Shown: positions 12,772 to 26,823, numbered from the stretch's first letter. The stretch: 64,000 nt of DNA from Octopus sinensis (GCF_006345805.1 NC_043015.1:17174001-17238000), one strand, 5' to 3'. The notes: generated from the sequence alone by a model not told the origin. Translations and numbers: made by a program.

Positions 12772-12975
12772 ATGTAGCGAAGACTGTTCCAGCCAGGAAC
12801 AGTCTTCGCTACATTTGCCGGTACCTGCCAGAGGGAGTGTCCAGGATAGGACTACACAGCCACAGCAGGAAATGTATCAGGACATGAAATATAAAAGCCG
12901 GACTAGACTACTTCATGCGCACTCCATTGTCTCCCGAGACAGAAAGGATGCCAATACAATACAATACAATACAAT
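12772..12975 (+). mobile_element. RTE (BovB-like) LINE 3' terminal fragment with 5' fold-back
   Basis: [13 protein letters not shown]-terminus, ccattgtctcccgagacagaaaggatgcca end, (ATACA)n tail. Confidence 0.7.
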
Positions 12976-13023
12976 ATATATGTATATGTATATAGATATG
13001 ATTAGTGTGTAGTATATATATAT

Positions 13024-13057
<34 letters not shown>

Positions 13058-13281
13058 ATATTATATATATATTATATGGTATGTAATATATATATATGTA
13101 TATGTATGTATCAAATAGTGTACATTTAAACACAAGAGAAAACTACCTTTAACAGCTAATTTTCACATGCTAGAAGAAGCAGTGAAAACGACCAAAACCA
13201 CGATTAAGACCACTTTTCAAAGGGAATGGAAAATAAAAACTTTTTCCTTGTTATTTTTTGTGGTATATGTATATGCATGTG

Positions 13282-13366
<85 letters not shown>

Positions 13367-13367
<1 letters not shown>

Positions 13368-13570
13368 GTGGCATGTCTGTGCAGGTGGCACGTAAAAAGC
13401 ACCCACTACACTCATGGAGTGGTTGGCGTTAGGAAGGGCATCCAGCTGTAGAAACATTGCCAGATAAGACTGGAGCCTGGTGCAGCCTTCTGGCTTCCCA
13501 GATCCCCGGTCGAACCGTCCAACCCATGCTAGCATGGAGAACGGACGTTAAACGATGATGATGATGAGGA
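13367..13570 (+). mobile_element. RTE-type 3' UTR fragment with (GAT)n tail
   Basis: Matches the 3' UTR of the RTE copy at 24340-25200. Confidence 0.8.
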
Positions 13571-13584
13571 TGATGTATATCATC

Positions 13585-14275
13585 ATCATCACCATCGTCG
13601 TTTACAGTCTGTTTTCCATGCTAGCATGGGTTGGACGGTTAAACCGGGGTGTGGGAAGCCAGGAGGCTACATCAGGCTCCAATCTCATCTGGCAGTGTTC
13701 CTACAGCTGGATGCCTTTCCTAACACCAACCATTCCATCAGTGTAGTGGGTGCTTTTTACATGCCAATGGCACAGGTGCCAGGGAAAGCTGGCAACAGCC
13801 ATGATTATTTGGTGCTATTTATGTGCCACACGGCGTGGAAGCCAGTCAAGTTGGTGCTGGCATCGGCCATGTTCGGATGGTGCTTTTTACATGCCACCGG
13901 CACGGGTACCCATTTGATTTTTATTTTGATGTTGATATACTTGACTCAATAGGTCTCCTCAAGCGCAGCAGGTCACCCTATGATTCAAGGGAAGCACAGA
14001 AGGCCATCCAGCAATCCAAGGTACTTTGGATGGGCTGGGGCTGCTATGTAAAGCTGGTGCAGGAAACAGCCATGAACTCACATTATTTGTCAGGTCTTCA
14101 CAGTCACAGCATATCTCTAGAGGGCTCGGTCTTTCGTCATTGCCTCTGTGAGGCCCAACTTTCGAAGGTCATGCTTGACCACCTCATCCCATGTCTTTCT
14201 GGGTCTACCTCTACTTCGGATTCCTTCATACATCTCTCCTCATCCATCCGTAGTACATGACCATGCCAGCACAAA
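13585..14275 (-). mobile_element. RTE LINE 3' end (C-terminal coding part plus 3' UTR)
   Basis: Reverse complement of about 24620-25200 ([13 protein letters not shown]-type region and UTR). Confidence 0.8.
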
Positions 14276-14279
14276 CATC

Positions 14280-14355
14280 TCATATATATACATTTGTATG
14301 TGTATGTATATATATATATATAATATATATATATTATATATATATATATATAATA

Positions 14356-14387
<32 letters not shown>

Positions 14388-14752
14388 GAGTGTGTGTGTA
14401 TATGTATATATATATATATATGTATAATTATATGTATATATATATATATATGTATGCATATGTATATATATATGTATGTATATGTATATATATAGTATGT
14501 ATATGTATGTATATATATATATATATGTATGCATATGTATATATAATATATATTTTGGGCGGTATATGTATATGTATGCATATATATATATATATATAAT
14601 TATATGTATATATATATATATGTATGCATATGTAATATATATGTATGTATATGTATATATATATATATTATATATATATATATATATATCTATATATATA
14701 TGCATGCATATGTATATATATATATATTTTGGGCGGTATATGTATATGTATG

Positions 14753-14792
<40 letters not shown>

Positions 14793-14863
14793 CTATGTAT
14801 ATATATATTATGTATATATATATGTATATGTATGTATATGTATAATTATATGTATGTATATGT

Positions 14864-14894
<31 letters not shown>

Positions 14895-14925
14895 CATATG
14901 TATAATTATATGTATGTATATGTAT

Positions 14926-14956
<31 letters not shown>

Positions 14957-14966
14957 CATATGTATA

Positions 14967-15023
<57 letters not shown>

Positions 15024-15210
15024 GTATGTATATATATATATATGTATGCATGTATGTGATATATATGTATATATGTATATGTATATATGTGTAGGTATAT
15101 ATGTAATGTATATGTATATATATGTATGTATATATATTATATATATGTATATATATATATATATATACATGTATATATATATATATACATATATATATGA
15201 TATATATGTA
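14280..15210. repeat. (TA)n/(TATG)n microsatellite complex
   Basis: About 930 bp; the block tatattttgggcggtatatg recurs near 14550 and 14725. Confidence 0.9.
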
Positions 15211-16453
15211 TTGCAAAACAACTTCATGTATTTCCACAACAACACTTACAGACAGGTCTCAGGAACTGCAATGGGTACGAAAGTTGCCCCTACCTATGCA
15301 AACCTGGTGATGGCCTACCTGGAATCACATATCTATGAAAAATCCAAATATAAGTACGGCCAGTCTTTCCACAAATACCTGTTGGAGAACTGGAAACGCT
15401 ACTTAGATGATTGCCTCATCCTATGGTCCCACACACTCGACCAACTTATAGACTTCAAAAACCTTATCAACAGTGTAAATAACAACATTCAATTCACAAT
15501 GGAATACAGTCAGGACCAACTCCCTTTTCTTGACATCCTAATAATTAAAAAAGGCGTCAACATTGAAACTGACATCCATTACAAACCCACTGACTCTAAA
15601 CAATACCTTCTATTCACCTCCAATCACCCAAAACACACAAAGACAAATATCCCCTTCAACCTAGCGAGAAGAATCTGCACTATTGTCTCAAATGACACAA
15701 CACGAAATAGAAGACTCCGGGAACTAAGGGCAATCCTTCTCGAAAGACATTACCCGGCATCACTAGTAGACAACGGAATAGAACGGGCCAAATCAATCAA
15801 CATTCAAGACCTACGAAAACCCAAACACATCCACAGTACAGTAAATAGCCTCCCCTATCTCTCAACACACAACCCAAGGAATGCAGAAGCTTACACTATT
15901 ATATACAACAACATTCCACAACTAAATCAAGACCCACGCCTGAAAAAAATACTGGCAGCTCATAAAATAATAAAAAGTAAGAGACAACCTAAATCCCTAA
16001 AAAACCTCCTCACCAACGCAAAATTACACAACACAAACCCACCGCCCACCATCAAAAATGTGGTCGCCCCAACTGCAAGACCTGCATCCACCTCATTGAG
16101 GGATCGTCGTACAAGTTCCACTCGGGACACACATTCATCATAAAAAATAATTTCACGTGCGCATCAAAAATTTACTCTACGTCATAAGGTGTGAAGGATG
16201 CCACGAATACTACATAGGGCAAACGAGCCTTACCCTCAGAGAAAGAATGACAGTTCACCGACAACAACTGAGGGACCCCTCCACAAGACAGATACCACTA
16301 AGTGGACACTTAGACCTTTGTGCACACAATAAGTCCCCCAAATTCTTAGTCTTCCCACTATACCAATGCTCGGACAACACCACAGACCAAACACGAATAA
16401 ATAAGGAAAGTAATCTTATTCAAAAATACAGACCACAACTAAACATACTCTAA
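15210..16453 (+). mobile_element. 5'-truncated Penelope-like element (Neptune-like), RT + GIY-YIG
   Basis: [21 protein letters not shown], Cys linker [17 protein letters not shown]...YIGQT...RMTVH; two -1 frameshifts in A5 runs (about 16055 and 16168). Confidence 0.9.
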
Positions 16454-16454
16454 C

Positions 16455-16643
16455 ATACCCCCTGGAAACACATCCAGAGCAAGCACACAGGGACACGCGC
16501 ACACTCACAGCATATCGTGCGGGCGGGCACATGCGCGCATCGGCACGCATAGGACACACTAGCGAGCATTGACCGCACACATACGTGGCATGCACACGCA
16601 TGCATTTTATATATATGTAGGTTATGTATGTGTGTGAGTGTTG

Positions 16644-16676
<33 letters not shown>

Positions 16677-17399
16677 ACGTTGTGTGTGTGTGTGTGCGCG
16701 TGTGTTTATATGTGTGTGTGTGTGTGTGCACTGTGTGCGTGTGTGTGTATGTGTGTGCGCGCGCGCTGTGTGTGTGTGTGTATGCACGTGTGTATATATA
16801 TGTGTGTGTGTGTGTGCACTGTGTGTTGTGTGTGTTTATGTGTGTTGGTGTGTGTGTGAGCATTGTGTACGTGTGTATGTATTTACATGTGTATTTGTTT
16901 ATATATATATAATATATATATATATAATGTGTGTGCGTGTGTTGTGTGTGTATATGCATGGTATGTGTGTATATGTGAGTACATTGTTTGTGTGTGTGTG
17001 CGGTATGTAGAGATATATTTGAGTGTGTACGCTATAGGTTTGTAATTTGTGTGTGTGGGTGTGTGTGTGAATTTTTTATATATATATGTGTGTGTTTATA
17101 TATATTATATGTATGCGTACGTGTATGTGTATGCATTGTATGTATGTATATTGTGTGTATATGTGGTATATCTATGTATGTGTATGTAAACACTATTTAT
17201 ATGTATACATGTATATATGTATATGGATTGTCTATATATATATATATATATATTATATGTATGTATTGCGTACGTATATTGCAAGCATATATTGTGTATG
17301 TATATTGTATACATGCTGTATGTGTGTATTGTATGTGTATATATATGCTAGGTGTATTTGTGTGATATTTATATTTTGTATGTATGTGTGCGTGTGTGG

Positions 17400-17430
<31 letters not shown>

Positions 17431-17650
17431 GTGTGTATGTGTGTTATATATGTGTGTATATTATATATAAATACATGTTATATTTGTGTGCTGTGTGTAT
17501 ATATTATGTATGTGGGTGCGTGTGTATGTGTGTGTGTGTGTATTCTGGTGTGTGTGTGTGTCTTGTGTGTATGTGGGTGTGTTTGTATACTATGTGTGTG
17601 TGTGTATGTGTGTTGTTATGTGTGTGTGTGTGTATATATATGTGTGTGAC
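16455..17650. repeat. CA-rich then GT-rich cryptic low-complexity region
   Basis: Strand composition switches near 16620. Confidence 0.75.
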
Positions 17651-18082
17651 AAACAGACGTTGTCTGACCAGCAGGCAAGGACACATCTATTCACACCCAC
17701 ATACTAACCTCCTGATAACCCCAAAACCATTGATGCTTGAAGGGGAAGTATACACCACACTGGGTACATATCTTTTTTTCTCTCAATTCAACCTTTCTGC
17801 TAAAAGAAACAGGTCAGTAAAAACGTATTCTCGCCTTCAACTTAAAATATTCTGAGATGTATAAAAAATCCATTTTAATTTTTGCTGGCAAAAGACTGTG
17901 CATATATATATATACCAAAGACTGTATATATATACATGTAATGTGACAATTTGCGACAACCAATAATTAACACAACCAAATTTCCAATAATATATTTGTT
18001 TTATCCTTTTCTGCCAATTTTTCCAAATATTCTCATCACACTATTGAACTTCTCTGTTACCAAACACTATATTTATACATGT

Positions 18083-18220
18083 AATGTGACAATTATGTAT
18101 AAAAAAACATTTTGAATTCATAATATCAATGTGACAATTATGTAAAAAACTTTTTTGAATGCATAATATTCAATGTGACAATTATGTAAAAAAACTTTTT
18201 TGAACCCATATTATTCAATG
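18083..18220. repeat. About 45-bp minisatellite, three units
   Basis: AATGTGACAATTATGTA(T)AAAAAAC...TTTTGAA...CATA.TA(T)TC repeated head to tail. Confidence 0.8.
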
Positions 18221-18540
18221 TTACTTTTAATGTTACTTTAGACAATCTTTTACCAAAGAGTGAAACCGGTTAAGTAAATAAACATCGTTTAAATTGCATT
18301 TTCAAACCTTTTTTCTTATATAATCCCACTCGTGCGATACCCCACAACTAAACTTTTTTATATATATTTGTATATATATATGTATGTATATGTATATATT
18401 ATGTATGTATATGTATATATGTATGTATATGTATATATGTATGTATATGTATATATGTATGTATATGTATACATATATTATATATATATATAATATATAT
18501 ATAATATATATATATATAATATATATATATTATATATATA

Positions 18541-19413
18541 ACTTAGAATAACTTAGAAAAGATTTGGTCAGTGATGGCCCAGGCCATGTCTAACTTAATA
18601 GCACCACCTGGCAAAGTCTTTCAATTCAGGATTTGAGCACCAAGGCCCATTCGAGCAGAGAGCTATTGTTTGCAGAGACATATCCAGGTGTGGGTGGTTT
18701 GTCCAGGACTGTTTGAAGGAATTTATCCAAAGACTTCTTAAATTCTGTGTGGTCAGTTTCTGTTTTGATGGTCCAATTGAGGTGAAATAATTGTGCCGTA
18801 TTGTCGTTATGAGATGCGATTTAAATTTTTGTTGTGGACGGATGTCATGGGCTCTAAGTCTTGGATGTATTTTGAAGGTGATGCCAACATCATTTGAACA
18901 GTGCTGATGGAATATTTTCCACATCATATAGATAATGTAGTGTTCACGGTATTGTTGGAGTGAATACAGTTTCAGCTTTTCTAGTCGACCCCAGTAGTCG
19001 AGGTCTGACATGCCATCTATCTTTTTTGTGATTGACCATTGGGGAGCTTCAATTCTCATAATATTTTGTTTCGTGTAGGGAGACCACAGTGGACAGCAAT
19101 ATTCAAGGTGGGGTCGGGCAAAAGAGGAGAAGAGAAGGATAATGGTGTGGGAATCTCTTGACTGGAAGGTTCTGAGAATCCAGGAACACATTCTGCGGGC
19201 CATGTCAACTTTGCTGCTTATATGTGTAGCCCAGCTTATGTTGTTGTCCACAGTTACTCCCAAGTCTCTGATGTTGTTAGATGCCATGAGAATTTCACCC
19301 GAAGGAAGGGAGTATGGGAGTTTCAGAGCGTCCTCCTTTCCAATGTGGATCAGTTTGAATTTGTCTTCGTTTAGCAACATGTTCTTTTCCACCCATTGGA
19401 CAACAGCCAGTAG
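18541..19413 (-). mobile_element. CR1-like LINE 3' fragment
   Basis: [38 protein letters not shown]; short TTCTAAG tandem tail. Confidence 0.85.
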
Positions 19414-19559
19414 GTCTATGTATATATATATTTGTATATATATATATGTATATGTATATATATGTATATTTGTATATGTATATATTTGTATATGTGTATA
19501 TATGTATATGTATATATATATGTGTATGTGTTTATATATATATATATATATATATATAT

Positions 19560-19864
19560 GGAGGCGCAATGGCCCAGTGGTTAGGCCTAGCAGACTCGCG
19601 GTCGTAGGATCGCAGTTTTGATTCCCAGACCGGGCGTTGTGAGTGTTTATTGTGCAAAAACATCTAAAGCTCCACGAGGGTCTGGCAGGGGGTGGTGGCG
19701 ATCCCTGCTGTACTCTTTCACCACAACTTTATCTCACTCTTTCTTCTGTCGGCCTGCTCGCTTAGCCAGCGGGGTGGCGTCATGTTAAGGCTAAAACAAT
19801 ACAAAGCGCATTGTGACCAGCGATGTGTAACAACATCTGATAGCCTGGTCGGTCACGTGATCAT

Positions 19865-19868
<4 letters not shown>
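19560..19868 (+). mobile_element. tRNA-head SINE family C
   Basis: A box TGGCCCAGTGG and B-box-like GTTTTGATTCC; embedded in (TA)n. Confidence 0.75.
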
Positions 19869-19905
<37 letters not shown>

Positions 19906-21463
19906 TGCATGTATGTGTGTGTGAATTGGTGATTTGTCTTGACATCATATAATTGTTTTAAATGATTGTCACTGTCCTAGAAGCAGTGCCCTTTGTTTCC
20001 AAGCTTCAGTAGAAGCATGTCTACCCCCCTGGGGTAAAAATCACTTTACTTGGAAACAGGTGATGGTTGGCAATATGAAGAGCATCTGGCTGTAGAAAAT
20101 CTGCTTCAACCAATTATGTCCAACTCATAGAAGCATGGAAAAGTCGATGTTAAGACAATATTTGCGTGTGTATGTGTGTTTGATAGGCTTCTTTCAGTTT
20201 CTATTTACTAAATCCACTTAGAAGGAATTGGTTGGCCCAGGATGACATTAGACAATATCTGCCAACCATGAAGTCAAACCTCTTCACCACAGTAGGTGTA
20301 AACCATAGCAATTAGCAATAATGCAAATACTAGAAATGATAAAGATGTTAAAGTCACAGTATGAAAACAAAGTAATATGAGAGAAAGTTCAAAGAAACTA
20401 TGAAGCTGAATAAAGAGAAGCCCAGATGACTTGTTTGAATATTTTGAAAGATAAACATTATTTATACAAGTTAACATTTAATATATGATCAGAGAAATAG
20501 ATAAGAAAATTTAGAACTGTTAATTAATTAATGTAAGCAGAATAATTGGTTAAACAATCAGTTGTATGACTGGCAAACTGATTGTCATCCTATTGAGGCC
20601 TATGGCTATTGAGAATTACTGGGGGTAAGTTCTATTTAAGATTAAAATGTCATTTATATGTTATTACTCTTTGCAAGTTGATTTTAAGTAAGGTTTGATA
20701 CCCTTTGCTACAATATGTATATTTGATTTCCATATTACTGAACATATTTAGCGAAAGGTAATGTAAAGCAGTTAAATTGTATTTCATTAATTAAGCTAAA
20801 TTAAAATTATTGATGAACCATGTTGTATGAAAGTGAGGATAGGGAATTACATTTTGAAAACTCTCTTTAACTTTATCTTACTATACTAGTATTAATTAAT
20901 GTTATTAGTACCTCTAAGCAGATTTATACAAAGTCATTTACACATGTATTTGTGGTCACAATTATAATATAGATATGTTTACCATTATAATATAAATTGG
21001 TGGTTAGCAAAATTTTATGGAGTGCTGACTGCCTGGACTCCCACACCACAGTACTTCATCATTTCTATATCTATATTTCCATGCTTGCTTGGGTAAGACA
21101 TGATTTATGAAGGTAGATATTTTTATGTCCATAAGTCCTTTCTATCCAACTTTCACCCATTTCCAAGCAAGGTAAATTTTTTTCATTGTGGACATGTTTT
21201 CATGGTTGACTGGAAAAGCGGTACATTAGCTTGTATGAGAGAGACTCTCATTTTATATCCCTTGTGTGATGTCAAGCCATGACACACACACACGTACACA
21301 CGCACACACACACCACGTACACACGCACACACACACACACACAAATTAGTATATATGTTACATAGATGTCTCTCTCTCTCTCTCTCTCTCGCTCTCAGTG
21401 CACTATATATATCTATATATATATACACAACAAAATACATATATATATATATATAATATATAT

Positions 21464-21530
<67 letters not shown>

Positions 21531-21539
21531 GGGAATATG

Positions 21540-21753
21540 TGTCAGATATCGATATTCTGGCTGCCTCTTTAATCTGTGCCAATTTGCTGCCAATTCAAAA
21601 GTTTTCCAGTCTATTATCTGTGACCTCCTTATGCAGATGACTGACTTAGTCACTCAGAGGATGACATGCAAATACTTATGAATCATATTTCTGCTTCTTG
21701 CAAGGCATTTGGACTCAGCATTAGCCTGGACAAGACTGTTGTAATGTTCCAGC
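21540..21753 (+). mobile_element. RTE LINE RT fragment truncated by the assembly gap
   Basis: YADD-like gcagatgac followed by EDDMQILMNHISASCKAFGLSISLDKTVVMFQ. Confidence 0.7.
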
Positions 21754-21853
21754 NNNNNNNNNNNNNNNNNNNNNNNNNNNNNNNNNNNNNNNNNNNNNNN
21801 NNNNNNNNNNNNNNNNNNNNNNNNNNNNNNNNNNNNNNNNNNNNNNNNNNNNN
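21754..21853. other. Scaffold gap (100 N)
   Basis: Run of exactly 100 N. Confidence 1.
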
Positions 21854-22027
21854 TATATATATATACAGATATATACATTATTACATAAATTAATAATTTA
21901 GGGCATCTACGAGATACCACCACACTGGAACAGGAGCCCAAAACTTGACTCTAAAAAACCCGCATTAAATGTTCATTCAAAATGGTTTTAGAGTGAAGAT
22001 TTGGCTGCTATTTTCAGCATGCTTGTA

Positions 22028-22072
<45 letters not shown>

Positions 22073-22440
22073 ATATATATATGAATGTATACATGTATAT
22101 GCGTGGCATATATGTTACATATGTATTACATATATATATATATATACATACACATATATGTACATAACATAATTTACAAATTTACATACATGTATACATA
22201 TTTATATTATATATATTTACACATATATACGTTTGTATACATATTTATATTACATATGTATATATATAGTAAACCGCATGTATACATATATATATACACG
22301 TATGTGTATATTAATTATATTATACCTATAAATATCGTACAATATATAATATACAGGAATATATAGATGAGGATATATATATATATATATATATTTGCAA
22401 AATTATACATATATACAAAAATATATATATATATAATAAT

Positions 22441-22474
<34 letters not shown>

Positions 22475-22599
22475 AGTATATGTATACATATATACATGAT
22501 ACATATATACATGTATACATATATATATCACACATATATAGATATACACACATATATATATATAATATATGTATATATATATATATTATACAAATATAT

Positions 22600-22985
22600 G
22601 GCGCAGGAGTGGCTGTGTGGTAAGTAGCTTGTTTACCAACCACATGGTTCTGGGTTCAGTCCCACTGCATGGCACCTTGGGCAAGTGTCTTCCACTATAG
22701 CCTCGGGCCAACCAAAGCCTTGTGAGTGGATTTGGTAGACGGAAACTGAAATAAGCCCGTCGTATATATGTATATATATATATGTATATGCGTGACTGTG
22801 TTTGTCCCCCCAGTATTGCTTGACAACCGATGCTGGTGTGTTTATGTCCCCGTTACTTAGCGGTTCGGCAAAAGAGACCGATAGAATAAGTACTGGGCTT
22901 ACAAAGAAAAGTCCCGGTCGAGTTGCTCGATTAAAAGGCGGTGCTCCAGCATGGCCGCAGTCAAATGACTGAAACAAGGTAAAAA
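22600..22985 (+). mobile_element. Full-length SINE family B (tRNA head, internal TA/TG microsatellite)
   Basis: ggcgcaggagtggctgtgtggtaag head with A/B-box-like motifs; ends tgactgaaacaag. Resembles the OR-type SINEs reported from octopus (from memory, unverified). Confidence 0.85.
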
Positions 22986-23347
22986 AAAAATTTTTTTTAA
23001 ATATATATAGATATATATTCATACATATATATATACACATATATGCATATATATATATATATATATATATACAAACATATATATAGATATATGCACATAT
23101 ATACACATATATATATATACACATATATACACATATATATATATATATATACACATATATACACATATATATATATACACATATATACACATATATATAT
23201 ATATATACACATGTATATATAGATATATATTTATATACATACACATATATATTTATACATATATATGTATATATACATATATATACACACGCATATATAC
23301 ATATGCATACATATACAAATATATAGATATACATATACTTATACATG

Positions 23348-23383
<36 letters not shown>

Positions 23384-23683
23384 CACATACATATAAATAC
23401 ATATATATATATACATACATATACATACATACATATACATACATACATATATACATAAATATATGCGCACATATATACACACATATATATACACAAAAAT
23501 ATATATCCATTCATATACATACATATACATAAATGTGTATGTTTATATACATACACATTGTATATATATATATAGATACATATATATATACATATTCTTA
23601 TACACACATACATCCACATGTAACACATATACAGGTACACACATACAGATTACACATATATAGATATTCATGTACATATAGAT

Positions 23684-23715
<32 letters not shown>

Positions 23716-23716
23716 C

Positions 23717-23748
<32 letters not shown>

Positions 23749-24259
23749 TATTATATATGTATGTGTGTGTGTTTATGTGTTTGTCCCATCCAACATCGCT
23801 TGACAACCGATGCCGGTGCGTTTACGTCGCCGTTATTCAGCGATTCGGCAAAAGAGACCAATAGAATAAGTACTAATCTTCCAAACAATAAGTCCTGGGG
23901 TCGATTTGCTTGAGTGAAGGCAGTGCTCCAGCAATGCTGCAGTCAAATGACTGAAACAAGTAAAAAAAAATACTTACATATATATATATACATACATGTA
24001 AATATATCATCATCATCATCATCATCGTTTAACGTCCGCTTTCCATGCTAGCATGGGTTGGACGATATATATATATGTAAATATACATACATTTATATAC
24101 ATATATGTAAATATATATATATATGTATATATATATGTAAATATATATATATATGTATATATATATATATGTATATATGTAAATATATATATGTATATAT
24201 ATGTAAATATATAGATATATATATATATATTGTAAATATATGATATATATATATATCTG

Positions 24260-24302
<43 letters not shown>

Positions 24303-24303
24303 G

Positions 24304-24334
<31 letters not shown>

Positions 24335-24339
24335 TGTGT

Positions 24340-25200
24340 GTGAAAGGTAGATTGTACGATGCACGCGTGCGAACTGCCATACTTCCCAGTAGTGAAACAT
24401 GGGCTGTGACTGCAGAGCACATGCGTAGGCTTGAAAGAAATGAAGCTAGTATGATCTGCTGGATGTGTAATGTCAGTGTGCACACACAACAGAGTGTAAG
24501 TGCTCTGAGAGAAATGCTGGACATAAGAAGCCTCGGATGTGGCAATGAAGAGAGACGTTTGCACTAGTATGGTCATGTACTATGAATGGATGAGGAGAGA
24601 TGTGTGCAGAAGTGCCAATCCCAAACAGTTGAAGGAATCCGGGGTAGAGGTAGACCCAGGAAGACATGGGATGAGGCGGTCATGCATGACCTTCGAACGG
24701 TGGGTCTCACAGAAGCAATGACAGAAGACCGAGACCTCTGGAGATATGCTGCGACTGCGAAGACCCAACAACGTAAGTTCATGGCTGTTTCCTGCACCAG
24801 TTTCATATTACAGCCCCAGTCCATCCAAAGTACCTTGGATCACAGAACAGCCTGCTGTGCTTACCTTAGCTCGTAGGGTGACCTGCTGTGCTTGAGGAGA
24901 CCTATTGAGTCAAGTACATCAACATCAGAATAAAAAATCAAATGGAATTGTGCCGGTGGCACATGAAAAGCACCATCCGAACGTGACCGAGACCAGCCTG
25001 CCCTGGCACCTGTGCCGGTGGCACATTAAAAGCACCCACTACACTCACGGAGTGGTTGGCATTAGGAAAGGCATCCAGATGTAGAAACACTGCCAGATCA
25101 GACTGGAACCTAGTGCAGCCTCCTGGCTTCCCAGTCCCTGGTCAAACCGTCCAATCCATGCTGGCATGGAAAACGGATGTTAAACGATGATGATGATGAT
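24340..25200 (+). mobile_element. RTE LINE 3' end with long 3' UTR and (GAT)n tail
   Basis: [20 protein letters not shown]...RRLH*YGHVL...GRGRPRKTW. Confidence 0.85.
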
Positions 25201-25203
25201 ATA

Positions 25204-25234
<31 letters not shown>

Positions 25235-25613
25235 GCGCAGGGGTGGCTGTGTGGTAAGTAGCTAGCTTACCAACCATATGGTTCTGGGTTCAGTCCCACT
25301 GCGCGGTACCTTGGGCAAGTGTCTTCTACTATAGCCTCAGGCCGACCAAAGCCTTGAGTGGATTTGGTAGATGGTAACTGAAAGAAGTCCGTCGTATATA
25401 TGTATATATATGTATGTATACATATGTGACCACGTGTGTACCGTTGGCGATTTTTTTTCCTCCGTCTTCCCTTCTTTGGATCTTTCCTTTTCCTATGTTT
25501 CAGACGAAGAGCTCCGCTTGAAACGTTAAACCTTCCTTCTTTCCTGAGCGTCCAATAATACTATACTTGTTCCACGTCCTCGCATTGTTGTGTTTTCATG
25601 TTTGGATTAACTT

Positions 25614-25653
<40 letters not shown>

Positions 25654-25860
25654 TGTGTCTGTCCTCCTCCACCATCGCTCAACAACCGATGCTGGTGTGT
25701 TTACCTCCACGTAACTTAGCAGTTCAGCAAAAAGAAACCGATAGAATAAATACTAGGCTTACTAAGAATAAGTCCTGGGGTCAATTTGCTCGACTAAAGG
25801 CACTGCTCCTGCATGGCTGCAGTCTAATGACTGAAACAAGTAAAAGAGTAAAAGTGTATA
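25235..25860 (+). mobile_element. SINE family B split by a hammerhead-module insertion
   Basis: 5' half 25235-25425 and 3' half 25620-25860 are each collinear with 22600-22985. Confidence 0.8.
25427..25615 (+). mobile_element. About 190-bp Penelope 3' module with a decayed hammerhead (25497-25531)
   Basis: Homologous to 6266-6460; core reads CAGACGA and stem II closes with G.U. Confidence 0.8.
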
Positions 25861-26099
25861 TACACACGTGTATATTACAGATATGCATATGTATGTATAT
25901 ATGTATACATATATATATATATACACACATATATATATATATATACACATACATTATATGCCTACATACATACACACACACATTTATATGTATACATACA
26001 TATATACTCCTATACATTATATACATATATATACACACATCCACACACATACATACAGATAGATATATATTTACACACACACACCCATATATATATTTA

Positions 26100-26455
26100 G
26101 GCGCTGCCATGGCCATGTGTTTGAAGAGCTTTCTTCACAACCATGAAGCCCTGGACAAATGTTTTATTCGAAAGCCCTGGATCGACGTAAACCTTCTGAG
26201 CGGATTTGTTATATGGAAACTAAAAGAAGCCAGTTGGATGTGTTTGTGAGTGTATGTTGTATTCTTTCCCCACCATCTCTTGACAACCGGTGTTGGTTTC
26301 TTTACATCCTCGTAACGTAAGTCCTCAGCAAAAGTTACCGATGGAATAAGTACCAAACTTAAAATAATATGCACTGGTGTCAGTTTGTCGAACGAAACCC
26401 TTCAAGGCACTGCTGCAACGTAACTGTAATCTAGTAACCGAAACAAGTAAAAGGT
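26100..26455 (+). mobile_element. Degenerate SINE family B
   Basis: Collinear decayed match ending gaaacaagtaaaagg. Confidence 0.6.
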
Positions 26456-26823
26456 AAATTGAAGATATACAAATACATATACATATGGATATACATTATA
26501 CTTAAATGTATATCCATACGTAAGTATATCCACACACATATGCGTATATAAAACACGTATTTACATATATGTACATACGCATATAAATATACATACATGT
26601 GTATATACAAATATATAAAATTATGTAATATTGTTAAATTGTGAAAATACAAAATAAAAGTGAAAATCCGTGTATGCTGAAAGCTGACTAATCTATTTAT
26701 CTACTCCCAATTTTACAAATCCTATGTATGAGTGTGTGTGTGTACACACACAATCATACACGCATATGTGTGTGGAGTGACTTAGAGAGGAATGAGACGT
26801 AACGTTAAGATAAACTGGCCTAC

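Noticed and set aside
18083-18220. Regular ~45-bp repeats superficially like a CRISPR array
   Set aside because: Head-to-tail units without unique spacers, in a eukaryotic context with no cas genes.
19560-19640. tRNA-like A/B boxes (also at 22600, 25235, 44700 and 63380)
   Set aside because: These are SINE heads continuing into repeat bodies; no complete cloverleaf.
20280-20329. 50-nt minus-strand micro-exon candidate (AG|...FALLLIAMVYTYCGEE|GT)
   Set aside because: Not phase-compatible with the 26824 donor (frame 0 has TAA), weak donor and no homology recognised.
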